Of a DNA stretch of 35,364 nucleotides, positions 27,714-35,364 are shown piece after piece (the stretch's first letter is position 1; every line of letters starts with the position of its first letter). Below the pieces are notes generated by a model. It was given only the letters and a program-made list of their open reading frames with translations, was not told the DNA's origin and ran no database searches. The DNA comes from Paramecium tetraurelia (taxonomy: Eukaryota): contig CT868607.1 of NCBI GenBank assembly GCA_000165425.1, positions 372,001-407,364 on the forward strand. Reading direction: 5' to 3'. Both the position numbers and the translations under genes were made by a program.

Positions 27714-29215
27714 ATGAACAAAAAAGAAAACCTATTAAGATTACATGATAGGGTTAAAAAAGAGTTGTTTGTTTAGAACAACGAAGAGGCTACAATTCAA
27801 AAATTAAGTCCTTAAATTCTTGAATATGTTTAATGTTCAAGTCATGGCGAGTTGATGGAGGAAACATTTTAGATTTCAATAGATTAAAGAAACAGAAAAT
27901 TTCAAGACGATTATTAAATAGGCAAAATATTAGGTGAAGGTGCACATTCTGTTGTTAGATAGTGTTGGTAAATATCAAATCCAGATGAAACTTATGCAGT
28001 CAAAATTACTCGTAATGGGGATCCTGAAATTATGGGAATTATGAAGCAAACCTTCCTAAATACGCTGAAACTAAACAATCCTTTAATTGTCAGAACATAT
28101 AAGTTATATATAGACACTAATACGGAATGCTCTTATTTAGTAATGGAATATTTACCTTATCCTAGTCTACATGAACTACTAAAACAAAATGTACTTACAT
28201 AAGAGAATAAACTATCAATTATACGATAATGTTTGGAAGCAACTCACTATTTGCATAGGATGGGGCTATGCCACAGAGATCTTAAACCAGACAATATTTT
28301 ATTTGATTAAGACACTTCTACTATTAAAATTATTGACTTTGGAGTATCCAAAAGATTTATCACAACTTAATAGAGAGATATTCAAGTCTAATTGTTGTGG
28401 ACAATAACTGGAAATGAAAATTACAGGGCACCTGAATTGTGGAGCGGTTCTGGTTACAATGAGTTAATAGACGTTTGGGCAATAGGAGTCATTGCTTATT
28501 AAATGTTATGTCATAAGTTACCAATCACCAATGAAAATAGAATGGAGTTTAATGAAAATGAAAATCAATAACAATATCTTTTGTCAACTGAATTCAAATC
28601 TCTGGACTCGTTATCCCAGGATTTACTGAAAAGATTATTATCATTCAATCCAAATAAAAGAATTACTGCCTCATGTAAATATATATTTTATCAATTATTC
28701 TAGAAGCTTTAGTGCACCCTTTGTTGTATTAAACCTATTCAATATCTCAATTATAATATATGAAATTAAATTCGAAATAATATACAAAGGATGATATGTT
28801 GATGAATAACAAAATTTAAATTACTGCTCATTCAAGTCAGGCAATTAAATATTTATAGCAATCATAAGAAGATCACCAGAATGTAACTCATGATTTTAAA
28901 AATAAATGTTTTATTGATGCAATTCATTAAACAGATAAAGACACTTCATAACAAATGAGAAATAGGTCAATCCATTTCTAATAATCAATTAATTCACTAT
29001 GCCAATCCATATCAACTAAACCAGATGAGGTTAAAGAATTTTTTGACATTGTTTAAAAATGTGATAGTCATTCTAGTTTGGACTCTTTGGATGATAGAAT
29101 TAAGGCAAGCAGTAGTCCTCCAAACGGTTTAGATATTATAAACGAAGAAGAAGCAGACACACCACTTTTTATGAATAAAATTAAATAATAATAATAAGAA
29201 TTTTTAATTGAATGA
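27714..29215 (+). CDS. Ser/Thr protein kinase
   Basis: LGEGAHSVV, YAVK, CHRDLKPDN, IDFG, YRAPE, DVWAIG; intron at about 28675-28702. Confidence 0.92.
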
Positions 29216-29738
29216 AACAATTTGTGTCACTCTATAATTTCAACACATTCTTACCAACATTCAGATTAGCTCATAAATGTATATATTTGTACCATTTTTT
29301 AAGCACATTTCTGGAAACCCAAAGTCAGCCAAGCAATTCCCCATTACATGAAATAAACATTTAGAGATCCATTTGATTACCCATTAAGAACAAAAAAGGA
29401 GATTGATGAGTAGTTAAAACAAAACCCTCCTTCTTACAAAGTTTTTGCTGAAATCTCCTTCATTCCAGATTTAAAGGGAGATAATTTACACAAAAATAGT
29501 GAAGTAAATTGATTCAGAAATTTAATATTAGATTGCAGTCTTTGTCAACATAAGCGAAATGAACTTTACACCAAAATAAAGAGATCGATTTATTTATTTA
29601 ATTGGTCCAAGATATAAGGGAAAAGATGAAATAAGAATTAAGGTCAATACTTTTAATAACCCTTAATAAAATATTGAAAAAGGAAAGGAAATGATATACG
29701 AGTTATTTTTAGAAGCTATCAGAGCCCCATGTGAATGA
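29212..29738 (+). CDS. Mitochondrial small-subunit ribosomal protein mS35 (RSM24/MRPS35)-like
   Basis: IAVFVNISEMNFTPKQRDRFIYLIGPRYKGKDEIRIKVNTFNNPQQNIEKGKEMIYELFLEA fits the MRP-S28/mS35 domain; presequence-like N-terminus; two introns. Confidence 0.8.
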
Positions 29739-29784
29739 GAATCATGTTTTTAGAATATTTTTACATAAAATATAAACAATATTA

Positions 29785-31108
29785 TCAATGGCTATCATTT
29801 CTGAGTACTCTCTTAATTGAAGGGTGATTTTGTGGGTAAAACTATAAGAAAATTTTTAGAGATTTTTCAAATTCAACTTTGCTATCTAACTTTAAAGCAC
29901 TTTTTGTTATTCCCAAATTATTTAATAATTAGGCTTCAAGTAGTGAGTTTTGATCATCCACTTAACTTAATGCTACTTCAAATAATTCTTATGCTTTTCG
30001 ATACTCACCTAAATGAAAACAAGAACTTGCAATATAATTAATTGTTCTGATTCGAGATTGTGCATCTGGACTTGATTACTTCAAATCGTAAGAAGTATCA
30101 AAATAATCTAATGCTTCTGTATAGTTCTCAGAATTGTAATAAACCTCCCCCAACATCTAATATAAACTTGCTGTGTGTTTGTTCATTTGAGCACCAGTGA
30201 TTTCTAAAGCATGATGCGCTATCTTTTATGCCAATTCAAATTAATTCACTTTTGAATAAATAACTGCTATTGACATCATTGCATAAGCTACTTCTGGTGT
30301 TAAATTGTATATTTCATAAATAATTAAGGCTTAGTTGTAGTAGTCTATAGATTTTTGATAACTAAAAACAGATTAGGAATAGTGTCCTAATTTACGATAT
30401 ATTTAGGCCAACAATATTTAATCTTTTATCACGAATAATCTTAAGCATTTCTCTAGACACCTTTTTTATTATCAATATTACATTTTCGCATCAGAATATT
30501 TCATTATTTATGCATTCAGTATTCCAAGAGTTAATAAACTTTCGACGAATATTAGATGCAATATTTATGAATCAATCAGTTGATTTTCTAGTTCATTTAT
30601 CAGATTTGTCAATAAAGCCTATAATTACTACTTGGTTATTCTTACAATCGACTCTTTCACCTGTCCAAACTATTCTAAATGCAAGGCCTCTTTCAACTAT
30701 TCGTAAAACCCTTTCACTAGATCCTCTCTTTCTGAATTTAATTTAGGGCTTAGTAAACTATATAGGTCAGTTTAGGTTTTTCTAGGAAATATCAACATAG
30801 TGTCTTTAATTTCCATAGTACTAGTTTTGTGCCCATCTTCAACATTTTTGCGAAGGCTGCAAATAACTGATGGTTCATTAAACTGCTTAGGATCAACGGT
30901 TTAGTTTTTAAATATCCCAGAATTATCTAGATCTAATACTCCTTATGTCTAAGTTATAATTTATAATTCTTACATTGTAATCTGCCTACATCAAAAATTT
31001 ATCCGAACATCTCTTTTACAGCCAGACCTAATATCCTTATTACTAATATGCTCGAATTAAGGAAAGAATCTCATCATCTGACTTTGTTGTTATTTCAACA
31101 TCATACAT
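29785..31108 (-). CDS. TPR-repeat protein (kinesin-light-chain-type TPRs)
   Basis: Helical repeats such as TASLYQMLGEVYYNSENYTEALDY; C-terminus YPQNHPSIKRV. Confidence 0.8.
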
Positions 31109-32679
31109 ATTTATAATATAAGTATCAATATAAACTTAATTTTCTGCATTTCAAAATGAATTAAGCCTAAACATTATGTAATAATCTTAAATAAATAGTA
31201 TAATGAAAATCCATAAACAATTTTAGAGATGTACTTTGTTTTGCAGATGGAATATAAAAATATTACAATACATTCTAAAGGTATTTGAATAAGCTAAAAC
31301 TATCTTTTTATTTTATCATTTAAATTTAGCATATTTAGAAATTTAAATTATATATCTAGAAAATTATTTACTATATGAGAGCCAAAATTGCTAAGCAGAG
31401 GAATAAAATAGTCAGAGTTGAAAATTAACATTAGATTTAGGATTTGAGACTGCAAATTAACTGCTTAAATACAGTTTTGAATATTATCTCAAAAAGAACT
31501 ATAAAATTTATTATTGTGAGGAATAGAAATTTCTTTTACACAAATCTTATAGAATGGGAACAATCAATTAAAAATTTTATAAGATATATGAACATTATCA
31601 ATTTTGTATTGTCCAATCTCAATTTTTTCTTTCCTATTTCGGTGTAAATATTCATCTTCTATGACAACTTACCAACATTTACAACCAAATTTCGTTTTGC
31701 AACAATATAATCAGCATAATTCTAACGTTCAAACTTTGAGAAGGGCAATTCTAGACTTTATTTGATTTATTCTTGTATCCTCATGATTGAAACCCTGAAA
31801 TTATTCGATTAATATTAGACGAAAGATTTAATCTGTGAAGTCAGAATGATTATTAAACTTATAAGAAGCATTAAATTTAATAATTTTCATAAATATCACT
31901 CCATTTTGAAATTAAATAATTATTTTTGTATTTATATTGCAATAAAGAATCATCTATTCCATTTCCTCTATAGCTCTCTTCTGAAATTGCTTATAAATTA
32001 GATTAAGTCATTAGCTTCAAGATTTAAATGTATTAATTAATCATTTTATGTGTTTGGTTTATTTTTACTAATGGAATGAAATCCCTTTTAATATAACTCA
32101 ACTTTCTATCTCTGCTAAAACTAAATTCATCAATAAATGAATTTTCATTCCTAATTATTTCCAGTTGCTTCTTCAAGACAAGTTAATTCAATCATTTGGT
32201 ATTTCTTTTTATTAAGAGTCATCTGAAAATCACCCTTAAAATTTGATATTCGTTTATGCTTTTTTTTTGAAAATTGCTAACTTTTCTTCATAAATTAGCT
32301 TTTGATCTTTTTCTTGAATTTATTATTTCTATATTCATTCTTTTGCCACAACAATAAGATTCTGCAAAAGAATTTATCTGGTTTACATTGAAAGTTAATC
32401 TGAATTAAATCGGTAATTTTTGCTATACCAAATTTTATAATTTTATTAAAAATATAAAAAAATTGATTTAATACATTTTTCTCAAAAAAAGGAGAGTTTA
32501 CGAAATTTTAAAAAATAAAACATGATTTCTAACATTGAAAATTTATTATAAAATAAATGGTTAAAATATACTCAATAAATAAGTTAAATTTAAAAGGAAG
32601 AAACACCACAAAACAAAATACTAGTTATTTAAATATTAGAAAATAAGATGAATTTTAAATTGAAATTTCTTGACTATAC

Positions 32680-34452
32680 CTAATTCTATAAATGACAATA
32701 TCTAAACTTCTATTATACTGTCCCCCACTATGTTAGGTTTTTACTTTAATTGGTTGCTCATACAACTTTTTTGCCTCATAATTACGATTCAATTTTCTTA
32801 ATAAACTTCCTTTAGAAATTATATATTGAAAATTAATAACCTTTCCATTAATTTCTGTCCCCTTATCTACGTATAATTTAAATGTCTTAATTAAGGTTTT
32901 CTGAAGCATTTTAATTATGGTTCAAGCGGCTTAATGCAATACCTAAAATACATTATATATTATTACTTTTATTATAGATTCTATCATAACATTCTATTGC
33001 ATTTTAATAAAGATTCAATTTAAATAGTGTGTTTCCTATTAATAAAGGGCCAACTTACCTTTATTATAGAATGAGTCGCTATCATTTATATCTATTTTAT
33101 TCGATTGATTATAACATTCCAAAGCTTCTTCATATCGTTTCAAAATATATAAGGCATTTCCTTATAAAATATTCAAAGAAATAATTAACCCTTATTGTAA
33201 AAGGCGTCACTTTAATTCGGATTGATCCTAGTAGCTTGATCATAACAGTCTAAAGCTTCTTAATAACGATTTAAATTAAATAAGGCAATCCCTAATTTAT
33301 CGATAAAGAGTAACCCTTATTATAATATGCATCATTATAATTTGAATCTATTGCAATAACATGATCATAGCATTCTATAGCATCTTAAAATCGATTCAAG
33401 TTAAATAATGCAATACCTAAGAAGATGTAATTTGAATTTGTTTACCTTTATTATATATTGCTTCAATATAATTTGGGTTTATTTTAATTGCTTGATCATA
33501 ACTTTCAATAGCATCCTAATAACGATTTAGGATGAATAATGTATTGCCTTAGATAAAATATATAAATTGAGAAATTTACCCTTATTATAACATGCATCGC
33601 TATCATTTGAATTAATCCTAATTGCTTAGTCATAACATTGAAGAGCAGCTTAATAATGACACATATTAAATAATGCATTACCTAATTAATATCATTAATT
33701 TAATTACCCTTATTGTTTAAAGCATCGCTATAACTAGAGTTAATTTTAATTGCTTGATCAAAACATTCTAAAGCCTCTTAATAATGATTAAGGTTCCTTA
33801 AAGCCATTCCTACTAGAAAGTTAACGAATTTACCCTTTAAGTTATACACTTGAGACTAATTGCAATCATAATTTAAAGAATCATCAAACAAAATTATTGC
33901 TTCTTTGTACATGTCTTGATCAAATAGTTAGTCTCCTAAAATTTAATATAGTTAAGCTAAGTATGATGAGTCTTTTAAATGATTTTCTTTTTCTTTAAGA
34001 GTCTCTGCTGTCTTTTTCAGTTTAATTAGAAATAATCCTGAATATAGAACCACTTATTTACCTTCATTTTTTTCTTTGAAACAGAAATCCTTAACAAATG
34101 GTATTTATTATTTAATAGAGTTATATAATTGGCATTTCAAAGATTTATCTATTTCTTGTATTTTTAAAATATCTGATTCCAACTGCTTGTATTTAGTTTC
34201 AAATGAATATTTCAATTAATCGTAAATACCTTAAAGCTTAGTCAAGAGCTCATTATGAGTTTGAATTAATTGGCTAATCAATTATTCCAATGAATTAAAA
34301 CTCATGCAATCATTTGAATGATCATTATGAATTTCTTATTTTAAACATTCGTAACAGAATTAGGATGGTTTAGGACAATTCTTATTTAGACAAAATCCAA
34401 TTATGGGTTCATTTTCATGTTATTCAAAACGACATTTGAATTCGACTTCCAT
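32680..34452 (-). CDS. Cys/His zinc domain + coiled coil + TPR array; one TPR per 102-nt exon; 3' end uncertain
   Basis: MEVEFKCRFEQHENEPIIGFCLNKNCPKPSQFCYECLKQEIHNDH; repeats of the form G.ALFNLNR.Q.A..CYD.AI.I.S....AYYNK separated by phase-1 introns. Confidence 0.88.
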
Positions 34453-35132
34453 ATGTTTATCTTAAATTATATTTATAATTTTGAATGTTTTTATATTAAA
34501 TTTTAGTGAAAGTAATTTAATAATGAAATGAATTATGTTAATATTTGAGAAATATAATAATTTAGGCAAGCAAATCATTGAATGTTTAGTAACAATTTCA
34601 ATTAGGTTTTCGATTAGGATAATTGCATCTTGAAAGTTTAATAAGTTTATTTGTTTTGCCTAGGTAGAGTGATAAAAAATAGGCAGTCAATGTTCTTAAA
34701 ACAATAGAACCAAATCATTCGATATTTAAAAACTGAAGTGCAGGATTAATGAAATCTCACGTTGTAGGATTTAATGCAAAATTTATCAACATAAGGTTGA
34801 TTCGCTAATTAGATACTTCTATCTTATCAAAATAAAATGAAGGATTAGAATTAAGGAATTTAACAGGAAGCAGAGTAGAGGCAGCAATTCTAAAGAATAA
34901 ATTGATTATTATGAGAAAAAACTAGAAAAAATATTCATGCATTTTTTTATATCAACTTTCATTATTTTCTTAACCCAATTGCAACAAATTAAGTGCAAAA
35001 TATTTCCACTTTTAGCTTGAAATTCTTGCAAGCATGCTTGCATAGACAAAAGTTTTGATGAATTATATTTTCATTTAAACCATAAAATATTCAATAAAAG
35101 CAATTAACAATAAAAATCTCTACACTTTTCTT

Positions 35133-35260
35133 ATAGCGATCGTGTGCTAAAGCAGACTTTCGTCAGTTATACTTAACGCTATCGAGAAGAGTTTCGAATG
35201 GGGGACAGGATGGGATTTAAAACACTCGCTCCTTAACCTCTCAAGCCTATTCTCAATACT
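35133..35260. ncRNA. GC-rich structured ncRNA candidate (H/ACA-like on +, or degenerate tRNA-derived on -)
   Basis: Stems ATAGCG/CGCTAT, GTGTG/TATAC, GAC-TTTC-GTC, GAATGGG/CCTATTC; ANANNA (AGAAGA) between the two hairpins. Confidence 0.4.
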
Positions 35261-35334
35261 ATTTAACTCTGATTTAATATTATATTTTAAAGTTTGATAA
35301 AATTAAAAATGGGTTTGGGGTAATTCATTAAATA

Positions 35335-35364
35335 TTATCCGTGGTGTAGGAACAGGCACGTGAA
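35335..35364 (+). tRNA. Possible tRNA-like 5' fragment cut by the window end
   Basis: TTATCCG-TG-GTGT-AGGAACAG-GCAC-G fits acceptor strand, U8 and D-stem geometry, but the D-loop is atypical. Confidence 0.3.

Noticed and set aside
3292..31647. Most supplied standard-code ORFs (e.g. 3292+, 12514+, 23469+, 24123+, 30510+)
   Set aside because: They are antisense or off-frame shadows of real table-6 genes. Only a few (4020+, 8598-, 24298-) overlap true frames.
34690..34950. Purine-rich coding-like stretch on +
   Set aside because: No coherent ORF or motif; at most a gene remnant.
35150..35170. CTGACGAAAGTCTG on - resembling a hammerhead core or RNase P CR-I
   Set aside because: No stem II between CTGA and GAAA, and no complementary CR-V/P4 partner nearby.
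35311..35320. GGGTTTGGGG resembling a Paramecium telomeric repeat or telomerase template
   Set aside because: Under two repeat units, with no telomere tract and no telomerase RNA context; a T-run follows immediately on the - strand.

Overview
AT-rich, gene-dense eukaryotic DNA from a ciliate, almost certainly a Paramecium macronuclear scaffold. Reading frames only open if TAA/TAG are read as Gln and TGA is the sole stop (translation table 6). Genes carry tiny GT..AG introns of about 20-32 nt, so the supplied standard-code ORF track is mostly artefact. I decoded about 25 protein genes by hand: two Ser/Thr kinases, a Zn-finger/WD40 protein, a TM-RING E3, a Tubby-domain protein, UNG, two tandem paralogues ending in CaaX-like motifs, DUF866/CZIB, a cNMP-binding protein, DnaJ, a PAC3-like chaperone, an EF-hand/charged-repeat protein, a claudin-like protein, Faf1/C1orf131-like, mitoribosomal mS35, two TPR proteins and several hypotheticals. 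The points most worth following up are: a TPR gene built from exact 102-nt one-repeat exons; a B-box-like N-terminal module shared by that gene and the WD40 gene; a GC-rich structured ncRNA candidate near the right end; a kinase with 13 nt to one neighbour and an ATGA overlap with the other; and a UNG with GQDPYI in place of GQDPYH. All translations are manual, exon boundaries are approximate where stated, and no database searches were run.
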